Source: Pseudobdellovibrionaceae bacterium (GTDB lineage Bacteria; Bdellovibrionota; Bdellovibrionia; Bdellovibrionales; Bdellovibrionaceae). Taken from it: a stretch of DNA of 28,487 nucleotides. This document shows positions 1 through 10,543 of the stretch, piece by piece; position 1 is the first letter of the stretch; the number at the start of each line of letters is the position of its first letter. The translations under genes were made by a program, and so were the position numbers. The notes under the pieces are model-generated. The model saw only the letters and a program-made list of their open reading frames with translations, made no database searches and was not told the DNA's origin. The stretch covers positions 1-28,487 of the forward strand of contig JBDHWW010000038.1 of assembly GCA_039810425.1 (NCBI GenBank). Reading direction: 5' to 3'.

Positions 1-200
1 GATGTCTGTTTGCAGTGACTTTGCGGCAATAAAAAACTCCGCATTCTCCACCAAAGCCTTGATTTCACGTCGACACATTATCACCAAGCACTCACAGCAA
101 CGAGTACGGGATAAATTGCCTGAAGAACAGGTTCCAACGCCTTAACGGGGTATTTTTTACATCGTTTTCGTCTCCAGCTGAAATTAAATCCTGTTGTAAC

Positions 201-218
201 TTGGCACCATTTTAGCAT
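201..218 (+). promoter_or_regulatory. Candidate sigma54 (-24/-12) promoter for the 303-881 gene
   Basis: TTGGCACCATTTTAGCAT: TGGCAC with GG at 203-204 and GC at 215-216, exactly 10 nt apart; the -12 box is TAGC rather than TTGC. Confidence 0.45.
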
Positions 219-302
219 ACTGAACCCCCTGATAAGATTGCGACCGGGAATATGGGAAATTAATCCCACAGACTTTGCAACGGTATCAACAAAGGATGTC
301 TT

Positions 303-881
303 ATGAAAAATTTAGGGTTTATTTTTCTCACACTTGCTCTCATACCCACGGCGAATGTTTTCGCAAAAGGTGGCCGTGATGGCGGTAGCCAAAGCGGCAG
401 TCAGGGGTTTCAAAACTCCTGCGGGCTAGTGATGACTTTTCACACACAATTTTCATGTCGATTGAAACAATTCACCTCTCATCCAGCCGATCAAATCCAA
501 GTTAACTTAGAAAATTGCCAGCAAACCATGCCCTACATCCCGACAAAGGCAAATTTTGCAGGAACTATTGAGTCGGGCTATTGCCAGGTACCTAACTTGA
601 ATTCGGCGACCATTGTTCCTCGGATGGGCGATACTGGCCCTAATAACAACGGGTTTGCCGCACTAGAGAGGATTCAGAACCTTTTCCAATCATCCCAAGC
701 TGGTGACAGTGTCACTGTCAACGTCGCGTATCTCCAGACCAGTTTTAGCTGCAAAGACATTTCCGCCTATGCAGAATTAACCACAGTCAACGGCCACAGT
801 ACTTCCCTGACAACCTACGGTTGTGACGGACTTGGACCCTTTGGCGGCCTTGGCTGGGCTCACATAATGCCGACACCTTAG
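303..881 (+). CDS. Secreted hypothetical protein (192 aa, 6 Cys)
   Basis: Signal peptide MKNLGFIFLTLALIPTANVFA; AAGGA SD upstream; no family recognised. Confidence 0.75.
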   Translation: MKNLGFIFLTLALIPTANVFAKGGRDGGSQSGSQGFQNSCGLVMTFHTQFSCRLKQFTSHPADQIQVNLENCQQTMPYIPTKANFAGTIESGYCQVPNLNSATIVPRMGDTGPNNNGFAALERIQNLFQSSQAGDSVTVNVAYLQTSFSCKDISAYAELTTVNGHSTSLTTYGCDGLGPFGGLGWAHIMPTP

Positions 882-898
882 CGCTTCCATAAAAATGT

Positions 899-1843
899 TC
901 ACATGCGGCCGCCGTAGGCCTTGTTTACTCGTTCAATATCGCGGGGGCTGAGGGTGGCCCCTGGGTGGATTTCTTGCTCTTTGACTTTGGATTGCATTGT
1001 GGGCTGGCGGTTCTTTGAGAACATGTCCGTGGGGTAAATCATCAGAGATTCGAAATCAAACGGAGCCAAACCGCTCACCGTCATCAATGCCGGTGGCAAA
1101 CGGAAAAAATTGTCCTGATATTGCTCTTCAATATTTTCTGGATTCATTGTGATAAATTGATCGCGGTCGCTGCGGTTCTGCTCATGTACAAAGCCCAAGG
1201 CGTGCATAATCTCGTGAGCAATATCGTCCGGCCGACAACCCGGCGCAATCCACAAAGGCTGCTTGCCGCCCACGCGCCCCACATAGGACTTACAAATACC
1301 CGTGCCTTCCTGAAAAACCATCACGTCTTCTTGTGTCCCATCGAAAGGCACAAATTGAATCACCGTACCCGAGAAAAGATCGAATGCTTTTAACACCCGA
1401 TCCGGCTCACGCATTCCTGGATCCACAAAATACGGAATCACATGACTCGTCCACAGATTGAGTGTTGGCATTTTCACGTAACCAGACTCGACCGTCCCAT
1501 CATCCTCGACAAGTTCACCAACGACCAAATCCCCCTGTACAACCGCGACGCCATCGTCCATGCGGAACGGCAATGCGTCCTTCGGCGGAGCTGATCCTTT
1601 CGGCACCGGTTTCACAGTTTTTTCTGCCACAATAGGTTTAGCTGTTTGAGACATCACCGCCATTGGAGCGGCGGCGGCCTCAGAGACCGGCCTTTCTTCC
1701 AAGAAAACTTCTTCCTGCGAACCACCCCGAGTGTGCTCTATCTCGTCCACCGCTTGATGCTTCGCCCACTTTCGGTTGTAGAGGAAAAAAACACCTGCCA
1801 CGACCAAAAAAGCTATAAAAAAACGTTGCAGGGAATCCATCAT
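899..1843 (-). CDS. Astacin-family (M12A) zinc metallopeptidase with N-terminal membrane anchor
   Basis: HEIMHALGFVHEQNRSDRD matches HExxHxxGxxHExxRxDRD; C-x-S-Y-V-G motif; Met-turn SLMIY; hydrophobic N-terminus; start could be 1843 or 1840. Confidence 0.92.
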   Translation of the reverse strand: MMDSLQRFFIAFLVVAGVFFLYNRKWAKHQAVDEIEHTRGGSQEEVFLEERPVSEAAAAPMAVMSQTAKPIVAEKTVKPVPKGSAPPKDALPFRMDDGVAVVQGDLVVGELVEDDGTVESGYVKMPTLNLWTSHVIPYFVDPGMREPDRVLKAFDLFSGTVIQFVPFDGTQEDVMVFQEGTGICKSYVGRVGGKQPLWIAPGCRPDDIAHEIMHALGFVHEQNRSDRDQFITMNPENIEEQYQDNFFRLPPALMTVSGLAPFDFESLMIYPTDMFSKNRQPTMQSKVKEQEIHPGATLSPRDIERVNKAYGGRM

Positions 1844-1846
1844 GAA

Positions 1847-2308
1847 CTAGAAACGAATCCTTGCACCGATACCGGCATCAAGATCCGCCGCCATAGAAGG
1901 GGCGACATCCAAAATCAAAGCAAGCTCGCCAAAGAGCTCGATGTTTGGATTGTTGATGTTAAAATCTAAGCCCAGCGACCCGCGCGCGCCAAGAGAAATT
2001 TTCGCATTGTCATGATCGTCGTTGTAGGAGATCAACCGACCTCCCAAACCGTAATACATATTCAAAGGGCCTTGGGTCGTTTCCCAACTGCGGGCGCGGT
2101 CCCATAGATAATCGGAGTGGAATTGCATCCCGCTATGCCGACCCGTGGAATACGCCAACGCCCCATCGATAGAGTGACTATTATCGTATTTCATTTTTCC
2201 AGACAGGCCCGAAGGGTCCCCTAAGATCACGCCCAGGGCATAGTTCTCCGCGTGCGCCACTGTCGTCGTCAAAATAAGCGCCGTAAAAAGAATGCTGAGT
2301 AATTTCAT
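1847..2308 (-). CDS. Small outer-membrane beta-barrel protein (DUF3996-like)
   Basis: Signal peptide; LGVILGDPSGLSGK start; amphipathic strands; C-terminal GIGARIRF ending in Phe (BAM-type signal); GGAGG SD. Confidence 0.75.
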   Translation of the reverse strand: MKLLSILFTALILTTTVAHAENYALGVILGDPSGLSGKMKYDNSHSIDGALAYSTGRHSGMQFHSDYLWDRARSWETTQGPLNMYYGLGGRLISYNDDHDNAKISLGARGSLGLDFNINNPNIELFGELALILDVAPSMAADLDAGIGARIRF

Positions 2309-2322
2309 AGATGTTTCCTCCC

Positions 2323-3876
2323 CTAGAATCGTCGTTTGATCTTTTCAACCAAGGAGGTCGCTTGATCAATCTTAAAGACATAGCCCAGGCCAAAATACAA
2401 AACTCCGTAGATGCCTAAAACAATCACCGCACGCAGAATGACATGGCCAAAATCATTCAACATGATTTTCACACCAAAGGCAACCGCGCCGCTGGCCAAA
2501 GCCGCCCCCCAGAGTTTCATCTGAAACGAAAGTGCCAGCCCCGTTTCACCGATTTTTTTATTGAGCGTGTGACGAAGCATGTAAAATTCAACCCAACCCG
2601 CCAGGCCCGCCGAAGCGGTCAGCCCCGTCGTCCCCCACTTTGGATCAATCCCCAACCAACCCGGCAGGTAAAATGCACACAACACGCCCAGTGTCGTTGT
2701 GAAGAAAACCCGAACGAACGCAAACTTCAGTGGCGTCCGCGTGTCTTTCAAAGAATAAAATGTCGAGGAGTAAAGCCTGCCTAGCGTACTGGCAAGAAGG
2801 CCAACCGTTGAGCCCGCCAGCACCGCCCATACATAGTTCGTGCTATCACGATTAAACACGCCGGTTTGAAAAATCGCACCCACAATCAAATCACCCAGCA
2901 CCAAAAATGCGACCACCGAAGGGACAATGAAAAAAGCAATCTGACGAAGGCCGCCGTTCAGCCGTTTTTGCAAGTAACTCCAAATCTCTTCATCAGTGCC
3001 CGTGGCCTGCGACATCGCCGGAAGTTCCGCGACAGAAATGCTCATCCCAAAAAGACTGACCGGCAAAAGATAAAGGGTTTGCGCGTAAGCAAGAGCCGAA
3101 ACCGCGCCCGTCGGCAAAAGACTGGCCAGCATATTGTCGATGTAGGCACTCACCTGCACGACCCCACGAGAGAACACCACCGGGATGAAGTTCTTTACAA
3201 CCGTACGAACGCTTTGCAACTGCAAGCTAAGACTGGGCCTGATCTTACGACCCAGTTTCAATGCAAAAGGAACCTGCACAAAGAACTGCAAAAAGCTGCC
3301 CACCACCAAGCCATAAGAGGCCGTGATCGCTAAATTGAACTGATCTTGGTGGCTCCAACCAATAATAGAAACGATGATCGCGACATTCCAGATGACCGGT
3401 GCCACGTAAGAAAGAAAGAATTTCTTGTGCGAGTTCAGAATCCCCAAACACCACGCTGACATGACCAAGAACCCCGTGCCCGGAAAAAGAATTTGGACAA
3501 TCTCGACCGTCAACTCGCGCTTTTCACCGTGAAACCCCGGCGCAATCACATCAATCAAAAACGGCGTCGCAAATACGCCCATCAGAACCAGCACTGAGGT
3601 CATCACAAATAAAAGACTGCCGATGACAGAGGCCACCTTTGCGGCGTCCTCGTCATGCCTCTTTGCTAAAAGTTGCGCATAAACAGGAATGAAGCTTGCG
3701 GAAAGGACGCCCTCGCCAAAGAGGTTTTGCAAAAAATTAGGGATTTTTAAAGCGGCCTTAAAGGCATCGCCGGCATCCGAGTTACCGAAGTAATGGGCAA
3801 ACACGCGTTCGCGGACGAGTCCTGCGATACGACTAAAAAAGATCCCCATTCCCACCAAGAAGGCGTGCTTTTTCAT
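2323..3876 (-). CDS. murJ: Lipid II flippase MurJ (MviN)
   Basis: SRIAGLVRE, DAF..A..IPN....LFGEG.LSASFIPVY and ALAYAQ.LY.LP motifs; multi-TM protein. Confidence 0.95.
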   Translation of the reverse strand: MKKHAFLVGMGIFFSRIAGLVRERVFAHYFGNSDAGDAFKAALKIPNFLQNLFGEGVLSASFIPVYAQLLAKRHDEDAAKVASVIGSLLFVMTSVLVLMGVFATPFLIDVIAPGFHGEKRELTVEIVQILFPGTGFLVMSAWCLGILNSHKKFFLSYVAPVIWNVAIIVSIIGWSHQDQFNLAITASYGLVVGSFLQFFVQVPFALKLGRKIRPSLSLQLQSVRTVVKNFIPVVFSRGVVQVSAYIDNMLASLLPTGAVSALAYAQTLYLLPVSLFGMSISVAELPAMSQATGTDEEIWSYLQKRLNGGLRQIAFFIVPSVVAFLVLGDLIVGAIFQTGVFNRDSTNYVWAVLAGSTVGLLASTLGRLYSSTFYSLKDTRTPLKFAFVRVFFTTTLGVLCAFYLPGWLGIDPKWGTTGLTASAGLAGWVEFYMLRHTLNKKIGETGLALSFQMKLWGAALASGAVAFGVKIMLNDFGHVILRAVIVLGIYGVLYFGLGYVFKIDQATSLVEKIKRRF

Positions 3877-5771
3877 TATTCCTCGGTCTTGTCTTCGTGT
3901 TCTTCGTCAGATTCATTCAACTGCAAAAGAACGCGCTCGGCAAGCACTCTATTAAAGCCTTTCAATTGGGCAATCTCTTCAGGCTCCGCCTCTTTGAGTT
4001 CTTGCACCCCTTTAAAGTGAGTCAAAAGGGCCTTCTTGCGCTTTTCCCCAAGGCCCACGACGAAATCAAGTTCGCTTTCAAGGCTTGTGTTCTCGCGAAG
4101 TTTACGATGGTATGTGATCGCAAACCGATGAGCTTCATCGCGAATTCCGACCAGGATATGCAACGCTTCGGAGTTCTTACGGAAGATCACTGGATTCGAA
4201 CGCCCCGGGAGGAAGAAGCGCTCCTCCGTGCTTGAAACCTCGGCCGCCTGAAAGTCCGACTCTGTCCGGGCTTTCGCCAGGCCGACAACCGGAATATCCT
4301 TACGGCCAATTTCCTCAAGAATACGCAGGGCCTGAGACAGCTGTCCCTTACCACCGTCAACGACCAGCAAGTGAGGATCATCGTACTCGGTGTGTTTAAA
4401 GCGACGGCTGAGAACTTCGTACATCGAGGCAAAGTCGTTGGATCCTTCCACTGTTTTAATTTTATAACGGCGGTAATTTTCCTTGCTGGGCACACCGTCC
4501 TCGAAAACCACTTGCGAAGCCACGGTTTCCGCCCCCTGAAAATTCGAGATATCATAGCACTCAATGCGGGTAGGACGCGACGGAAGATTGAATTTTTCTT
4601 TGATCTCATCCAGTCCGCGGATTTTTTCTTCAGACTTGGAAACGTATTTTTCAAAGTGCGCTTTGGCGTTTTCATTCGCCATATCAACCAACGCACGTCC
4701 CTTTTCGTCCGTCGCAAAACGCACGACGTTGTGCTTTGCTCCCGAGCGTTCTTGCAAAACCGCTTCCATCAGCTTCGTCAGATCCGAACCGATTTCGGTC
4801 GGCAGCAAAACCTCGTCCGGAATAATATTGTCTTCGTAGTATTGATTCATGAAAGACACGAGCCATTCCCGCGGATCGCTTGTAACATCCGCCACGTCCA
4901 AAAGCGGGATAAAGTGCGACCGTGTTCCTAAAACACGACCTTGACGCACGTGCAAAGTCTCAATCAAGCAACCACGATCATCACCAAAGTAACCGATCGC
5001 GTCCTGATCTTTTTCGGAAGTATCGTTGATCACCGCTTGTTTTTGCAGAATGGCCTTAATCGACTCCATCGAGTCACGCAAACGAGCCGCGACCTCAAAC
5101 TTTTCCTCTTCCGCCGCCTGCATCATCTTTGCCTTCATCGTTTTCACGACACTTTTGTTTTTTCCCTTCAGGAACAACAACGCGCCTTCAATTTCCGAGC
5201 GATAATCATCACTCGCAATGTACTGCACACAAGGTGCGGTGCAACGGCCAATCTGATGAGTCAGACAGGGGCGTTTCCGCGACTTAAACATCGCATCCGT
5301 ACAATCACGGATTTTAAACGTCCGATTCAAAAAACGAATCGTGCCAAACACGGCCCCACCACTGGTATAAGGGCCGAAATAAAGACTGCCATCCTTTTTC
5401 ACCTTGCGACTCAGATAAAGGCGCGGAAAGTCCTCGTTCCAAGTCAGGCGGATATAAGGATAAGATTTATCATCGCGCAGACGGATATTGTACTTCGGGC
5501 GGTGTTTCTTAATCAGCGATGCTTCCAGCAGGAAAGCTTCGACTTCAGTCTTCGTCAGAATGTATTCAATGTGGTTGATGTTTTGAACCAACAGGCGCGT
5601 CTTCGGCGTGTGGTCCTTGCTGTCGGTAAAATAGCTACGCACGCGATTGCGCAGGTTCTTCGCTTTGCCGACGTAAATAATCTTATCCACGGAGTTTTTC
5701 ATCAGATAAACCCCGCTTTGGATAGGATACTCTTTTACCAGCTCTTTGAGCTCGTCGAACTTCCGCGACAT
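3876..5771 (-). CDS. uvrC: Excinuclease ABC subunit C
   Basis: GIY-YIG domain (GVYLM..IIYVGKAKNLRNRVRSYF), RIECYDISN, VDGGKGQ, RDEAHRFAI, C-terminal HhH. Confidence 0.97.
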   Translation of the reverse strand: MSRKFDELKELVKEYPIQSGVYLMKNSVDKIIYVGKAKNLRNRVRSYFTDSKDHTPKTRLLVQNINHIEYILTKTEVEAFLLEASLIKKHRPKYNIRLRDDKSYPYIRLTWNEDFPRLYLSRKVKKDGSLYFGPYTSGGAVFGTIRFLNRTFKIRDCTDAMFKSRKRPCLTHQIGRCTAPCVQYIASDDYRSEIEGALLFLKGKNKSVVKTMKAKMMQAAEEEKFEVAARLRDSMESIKAILQKQAVINDTSEKDQDAIGYFGDDRGCLIETLHVRQGRVLGTRSHFIPLLDVADVTSDPREWLVSFMNQYYEDNIIPDEVLLPTEIGSDLTKLMEAVLQERSGAKHNVVRFATDEKGRALVDMANENAKAHFEKYVSKSEEKIRGLDEIKEKFNLPSRPTRIECYDISNFQGAETVASQVVFEDGVPSKENYRRYKIKTVEGSNDFASMYEVLSRRFKHTEYDDPHLLVVDGGKGQLSQALRILEEIGRKDIPVVGLAKARTESDFQAAEVSSTEERFFLPGRSNPVIFRKNSEALHILVGIRDEAHRFAITYHRKLRENTSLESELDFVVGLGEKRKKALLTHFKGVQELKEAEPEEIAQLKGFNRVLAERVLLQLNESDEEHEDKTEE

Positions 5772-5774
5772 ATT

Positions 5775-7850
5775 TTAGTCTTTTTTACCTTCCTGCACAT
5801 CCGCGGATTCTTTTTCAATCTCACCACTGCGAACATTCAAATCAACAATCTGCAAACGCTTGATCTCATCGCGGACCTTCGCCGCTTCCTCAAATTCCAA
5901 ATGCGACGAATGCTCTTTCATCTTCTTACGAAGTTTATCGATTTCTTTGGCGATCTTGTCCGGCTCGTTGCTAAACCGCTGGGCGACGCCCAGGATCTTC
6001 TGCTCCGGTCCGCCAACAAGGTGCGCGCCCACAGAGCCGTCAAAGGTATCGCCCAGGCCTTCTTTAATGCGTTTTTTCACGGATTGCGGAGTAATACCGT
6101 TTTTTTCGTTGTACTCCCGCTGAATCCGGCGGCGGCGATCCGTCTCATCCATCGCTTTTTTCATCGAATCAGTAATGCGATCCCCATACAAGATCACCTT
6201 GCCATTTAGATTTCGAGCGGCGCGGCCGATCGTTTGGATCAATGAACGTTCGGAACGAAGAAAGCCCTCTTTATCGGCATCGGTAATCCCCACGAGACTC
6301 ACCTCAGGAATGTCCAGGCCCTCGCGAAGCAAGTTGATCCCCACCAGCACGTCAAAGACTCCCAAGCGCAAGTCCCGCAGAATCTCGGTTCTTTCAACCG
6401 TATCGATATCGCTATGCAGGTATTTCACTTTGACTCCCAAGGACTCGTAATATTCCGTCAAGTCTTCAGCGCTGCGCTTAGTGAGTGTCGTAATCAAAAC
6501 ACGCTCGCCTTTTGATATGCGTGTGCGGCTTTCTGACAACAAGTCATCGACTTGGTGGCGGACGGGGCGCACCTCCACAACAGGATCAATCAGGCCTGTC
6601 GGACGAATGATCTGCTCAACGATCACACCTTCAGATTTTTGGAATTCATAATTTGCCGGAGTCGCCGACACATAGACAACTTTATCCATCATGCGCTCAA
6701 ACTCTTGGAAATTCAGCGGACGATTATCCAGTGCGCTCGGCAAACGGAACCCATGTTCAACCAGCGTCGATTTTCTGGCGCGGTCCCCGCGGTACATACC
6801 CCCGATTTGCGGAACCGTCACATGTGACTCGTCAATGAAAGTGACGAAATTTTTTGGAAAGTATTCAAGCAAGGTCGGCGGCGGCTCCCCTGGTCCTCGA
6901 CCTGTCATGTGACGAGAGTAGTTCTCGATCCCCTGACAGAATCCCATTTGCTCCATCATCTCGATATCGTAGTAAGTTCTCTGCTCCAGACGCTGAGCCT
7001 CGAGCATTTTAAGATTTTTGTTAAGCTCAATGATTCGCTCGCGAAGTTCATCTTGAATGGTCTTAATCGCACGCTTTAAGTTCTCTTCGCCGGTCACGTG
7101 ATGGCTTCCCGGGTAGATCCCGATCTGATCAAGCTCCTCAAGAACCTGCCCTGTTAAAGGATCAATCCACGAAATTTTTTCGACATAGTCACCAAAGAAT
7201 TCGATGCGAAGCGCTCTCTGCTCTTCGTATGCCGGGAAAACCTCGACGATATCGCCGCGCACACGAATATTGCCACGGGCAAAATCAACATTGTTTCGCG
7301 TGTATTGAATACGAATCAGCTCCCGCAAGAAGTGATCGCGCTTCAGCTCCGAGTTCGCCACCACTTGAACCATCATGCCTTCGTAAGCCTCCGGCGACCC
7401 CAAACCGTAAATGCATGAGACAGAACTCACGATAATCACATCACGGCGGTCAAATAGCGAGCGCGTGGCCGAGTGGCGCATGCGGTCGATTTGCTCATTA
7501 ATCGCCGAATCTTTCTCGATGTATGTATCCGTCGAAGGAATGTAAGCCTCAGGCTGGTAGTAATCGTAATAGCTGACAAAGTACTCAACCGCGTTATGCG
7601 GAAACAGCTCTTTGAATTCGGCGTACAATTGCGCCGCCAAAGTTTTGTTGGGCGCAAGTACCAGCGCTGGCTCATTCAACTGGGCAATGGCATGAGCCAT
7701 CGTGAAGGTCTTACCGGAACCGGTCACCCCCAAGAGAGTTTGATGATGCAGCCCCCACTTAAAGTTTTGGACGAGATCCGCAATCGCTTTCGGTTGATCC
7801 CCCGAAGGCTCGAATTCAGATTTCAGTTGGAAGCTTTTTTTATACGCCAT
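5775..7850 (-). CDS. uvrB: Excinuclease ABC subunit B
   Basis: [26 protein letters not shown] beta-hairpin, DESH, C-terminal UVR domain; ATG at 7850 (MAYKKS) preferred over the TTG at 7877. Confidence 0.97.
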   Translation of the reverse strand: MAYKKSFQLKSEFEPSGDQPKAIADLVQNFKWGLHHQTLLGVTGSGKTFTMAHAIAQLNEPALVLAPNKTLAAQLYAEFKELFPHNAVEYFVSYYDYYQPEAYIPSTDTYIEKDSAINEQIDRMRHSATRSLFDRRDVIIVSSVSCIYGLGSPEAYEGMMVQVVANSELKRDHFLRELIRIQYTRNNVDFARGNIRVRGDIVEVFPAYEEQRALRIEFFGDYVEKISWIDPLTGQVLEELDQIGIYPGSHHVTGEENLKRAIKTIQDELRERIIELNKNLKMLEAQRLEQRTYYDIEMMEQMGFCQGIENYSRHMTGRGPGEPPPTLLEYFPKNFVTFIDESHVTVPQIGGMYRGDRARKSTLVEHGFRLPSALDNRPLNFQEFERMMDKVVYVSATPANYEFQKSEGVIVEQIIRPTGLIDPVVEVRPVRHQVDDLLSESRTRISKGERVLITTLTKRSAEDLTEYYESLGVKVKYLHSDIDTVERTEILRDLRLGVFDVLVGINLLREGLDIPEVSLVGITDADKEGFLRSERSLIQTIGRAARNLNGKVILYGDRITDSMKKAMDETDRRRRIQREYNEKNGITPQSVKKRIKEGLGDTFDGSVGAHLVGGPEQKILGVAQRFSNEPDKIAKEIDKLRKKMKEHSSHLEFEEAAKVRDEIKRLQIVDLNVRSGEIEKESADVQEGKKD

Positions 7851-7891
7851 AAAGTCTATCCTAATTTTTACCGGCAAAATAATAGACTAGT

Positions 7892-9127
7892 TTAAATGCT
7901 TCGCAGGCTCGTGTGAATGTTTTGTTTCGAAATCCGCCAAATGGGATAGAGCACCGAAATGATGTTCCCCACAATGACCGCAAGCCACACGGGCCAGCTC
8001 GTCCATATTGGCATTGGGACGATATCCTCTCCAGGAAGATTGGCACCTAACAATGAACGCAACCATGGGAAGACGGAACCATCAATCAAAGCCCCCAATA
8101 AACAAGCCAAAAATGCCAAATACAGCGCCTCATAAAGCAAGACCTTAAACAGATCTCTCTTCGAGTATCCGAGCGCACGCAGAACCGCGAGTTGCACATT
8201 CATACTGTCAAAACGGCTCATCATCATCGAAGCCACCGAGCTAAAACCAAGCAGAAGAATAACCGCCGCCACCAAGAGCCCGAGTTCGCGCCCTGTGCCC
8301 GCAAGCTCATTGAGTTTGCGATACCCCTCGCCCACCGAAACCATCTGCGCGACGGTTCGGCGATTGATTAAACTTTCCAGCGACCCGAAGCCGCCGTCCT
8401 TCAGATAGACAAGCATAAAATTCATCACCTTGGTGCCCCACGGAGTCCGGAACAACACAGCGTTGTCATTAAAAATTTTATCCGCCGTCTCCCAGCCGCC
8501 AAGTACGATGCGATCCCAAGCCCTATCAGTGGTTTTAAAAATCCCCACCACATGCAACGTTTGCGACGCTTCCGGCGCAGGCTCGCCCCCCACCCATACC
8601 CGCGCTGGAAGCGTGTCGCCCATCTTCAATTTCAAGCGTGATGCCACCCGAGAGCCCACAACAACTTGCCCCGACGCCGTCGGAGCACGGCCTGTTTCAA
8701 ACTCCGGCAAACCCTTTTCTTTAGAATTAAAAAAATCCCCGGAGGTCGTATAGACACGGAACTCATCCGTCTTTGCAACCAAGGCGAATGGAAAAACAGC
8801 ACGGATAAAATTCGCGCTGACGGTGGCTTTGTCTTCAAAATGCAAACTCTGTTGGTCTTTAAGAGTCGCATAGAGATTCATCGGGATGTATTCCGGGTAG
8901 TCGCCTTCAAAACTCAGCATTCCCAAAAGCAAATCCAAAGCGCCGGACTTAGCGCCAATAATCGCATCGCCCGTGTCAATAAGGCCCATAAAGCGCTCAT
9001 TGCTTAAAGAATAAAGGCGCAGTAGAACCCCACTGGTCGCCACCGCGAGGAGGATTCCCACTAATACAATCAAACTAGAAAATTTATTCCGAACAAGATG
9101 TAAATACGCAATCTTTGCCGGACTCAT
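7892..9127 (-). CDS. ABC transporter permease, MacB/FtsX family
   Basis: One N-terminal TM, a large periplasmic domain and three C-terminal TMs with LAVLRALGYS; 4-bp overlap with the ATPase gene. Confidence 0.88.
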   Translation of the reverse strand: MSPAKIAYLHLVRNKFSSLIVLVGILLAVATSGVLLRLYSLSNERFMGLIDTGDAIIGAKSGALDLLLGMLSFEGDYPEYIPMNLYATLKDQQSLHFEDKATVSANFIRAVFPFALVAKTDEFRVYTTSGDFFNSKEKGLPEFETGRAPTASGQVVVGSRVASRLKLKMGDTLPARVWVGGEPAPEASQTLHVVGIFKTTDRAWDRIVLGGWETADKIFNDNAVLFRTPWGTKVMNFMLVYLKDGGFGSLESLINRRTVAQMVSVGEGYRKLNELAGTGRELGLLVAAVILLLGFSSVASMMMSRFDSMNVQLAVLRALGYSKRDLFKVLLYEALYLAFLACLLGALIDGSVFPWLRSLLGANLPGEDIVPMPIWTSWPVWLAVIVGNIISVLYPIWRISKQNIHTSLRSI

Positions 9128-9735
9128 TGGATCAACTCCGCAAAATTCAGATTACGATCGAAATATTTCTGCAAACGACTGTCATGGCTGACAACAATGA
9201 GTGTCTTCTTTTGCGAAGCCTCAAGCAACAGCTCCATGACTTTCTTCGCATTTGCCTCATCGAGGCTCGAAGTCGGTTCATCGGCTAAAATCACCGCCGG
9301 ATTTTGCAAAAGAACACGAACCACCGCTAAGCGCTGTTGCTCTCCGAGACTGAGAGTTCCCGCCTTGACGTGAAACTTGTCACTAAGACCTACTGCCCTA
9401 AGAACCGTCTCTGCACTTTCCCCCAGCCTATTGGCAACAAGTTCCAGATTCTCAGCACACGTCATGTGCTCCAGCAGATTCATTTTCTGAAAGACAAAGC
9501 CGATTCTATTTTTGCGAAACTCGCTGAGCTCAAAGTCGCTCAGAGTACAGAGGTTTTTTCCATCACAAAAAACTTCCCCGCGGGTCGGCTTCCAGAGTCC
9601 GCCGATCAAATGCAATAGGCTGGTTTTGCCGCCGCCACTAGGACCATAGATAAGGACCTTTTCACTTGCCGAAATGGCAAGGTGGCTGAATTTAAAAAGA
9701 GAGGCGACTTCAATGCCACGAAGCTCAATATCCAT
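9124..9735 (-). CDS. ABC transporter ATP-binding protein, LolD/MacB-like
   Basis: Walker A GPSGGGKT, signature LSLGEQQR, Walker B ILADEPT, H-loop VSHD. Confidence 0.93.
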   Translation of the reverse strand: MDIELRGIEVASLFKFSHLAISASEKVLIYGPSGGGKTSLLHLIGGLWKPTRGEVFCDGKNLCTLSDFELSEFRKNRIGFVFQKMNLLEHMTCAENLELVANRLGESAETVLRAVGLSDKFHVKAGTLSLGEQQRLAVVRVLLQNPAVILADEPTSSLDEANAKKVMELLLEASQKKTLIVVSHDSRLQKYFDRNLNFAELIQ

Positions 9736-9887
9736 GACTCACTCCATAGACTAAGGCTAGCGAAGTTTTTTGATGCTTTCAATAGATCTCTCAGGCCAAC
9801 GGGGATCCCCTGCCCCGTAATACCGATCCCGCGAAGGATCCTTTAATTCCCCATTACAATTTCTAAAAACTACGGCATAGTGGGCCT

Positions 9888-10490
9888 ATGTTTAAGAGTC
9901 TGATCCTTTTAATGTCGTTGCTCGCGGTCACGCCCTCTTATGGTAGTGATATTCTTGGTCCGAACTTTCATGAAATCGACCGTGGCCGTTTTTATCGTTC
10001 CGCCCAGCTCGATTACAACGAGTTTTCATATTACATCCAAAAGTACGGCATCAAAACAATCATCAACCTCCGAGGCGGCGGACCTAACGAAAAATGGTAC
10101 AAAGACGAATTGGCGGTCAGCCAACAGCTTCAAGTACAACACTTTGATATTCCCATGAGCGCGGAAAAGATTCCACACCGAACCAATTTAGTAAAACTTT
10201 TGGACCTCTACAAAACAGCCGACCGTCCGATCCTTATTCACTGCCAGGGTGGCGCCGATCGCAGCGGTGAAGCCGCGGCTCTCTATCAGATGATCTACAA
10301 TGGAAAATCACGCAATGACGCGCTCGAGATGCTGACCTGGAAATATCACCACGTTGAAATGTTCAAACCGGCAAAAAGATACTTTATTTCCCAGGTGTGG
10401 CAAGGCGAAGACTGGGCTTATCAGAATTACGCCCCCTGCTCTGGCCAGTACAAATACTATGATCCTAAAAATCCCTATTGCGTGAAGTAG
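9888..10490 (+). CDS. Secreted Cys-based protein tyrosine/dual-specificity phosphatase-fold protein
   Basis: P-loop IHCQGGADRSG (HCx5R); NFHEI..GRFYRSAQ and GIKTIINLRG; N-terminal signal peptide. Confidence 0.88.
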   Translation: MFKSLILLMSLLAVTPSYGSDILGPNFHEIDRGRFYRSAQLDYNEFSYYIQKYGIKTIINLRGGGPNEKWYKDELAVSQQLQVQHFDIPMSAEKIPHRTNLVKLLDLYKTADRPILIHCQGGADRSGEAAALYQMIYNGKSRNDALEMLTWKYHHVEMFKPAKRYFISQVWQGEDWAYQNYAPCSGQYKYYDPKNPYCVK

Positions 10491-10543
10491 CCGCTGAGAC
10501 AGGTCCCCGGCAGGCACCGGGCAGCCCATCGGGTGAGCCCCCC

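Noticed and set aside
1..78. Possible minus-strand gene start (MCRREIKALVENAEFF...) running off the left edge
   Set aside because: Only 26 codons are visible, with no SD or recognisable motif.
4941..6209. 422-aa plus-strand ORF
   Set aside because: Antisense shadow of uvrC/uvrB with no recognisable motifs; explained by codon bias of the real genes.
7868..7877. LexA box upstream of uvrB
   Set aside because: TTAC-CG-GCAA does not fit the TTAC-N3-GTAA site I recall for Bdellovibrio LexA.
10491..10543. GC-rich spacer between the phosphatase gene and cysS as a REP or terminator
   Set aside because: Only 4-5 bp stems, no U-tract and no second copy in the window.
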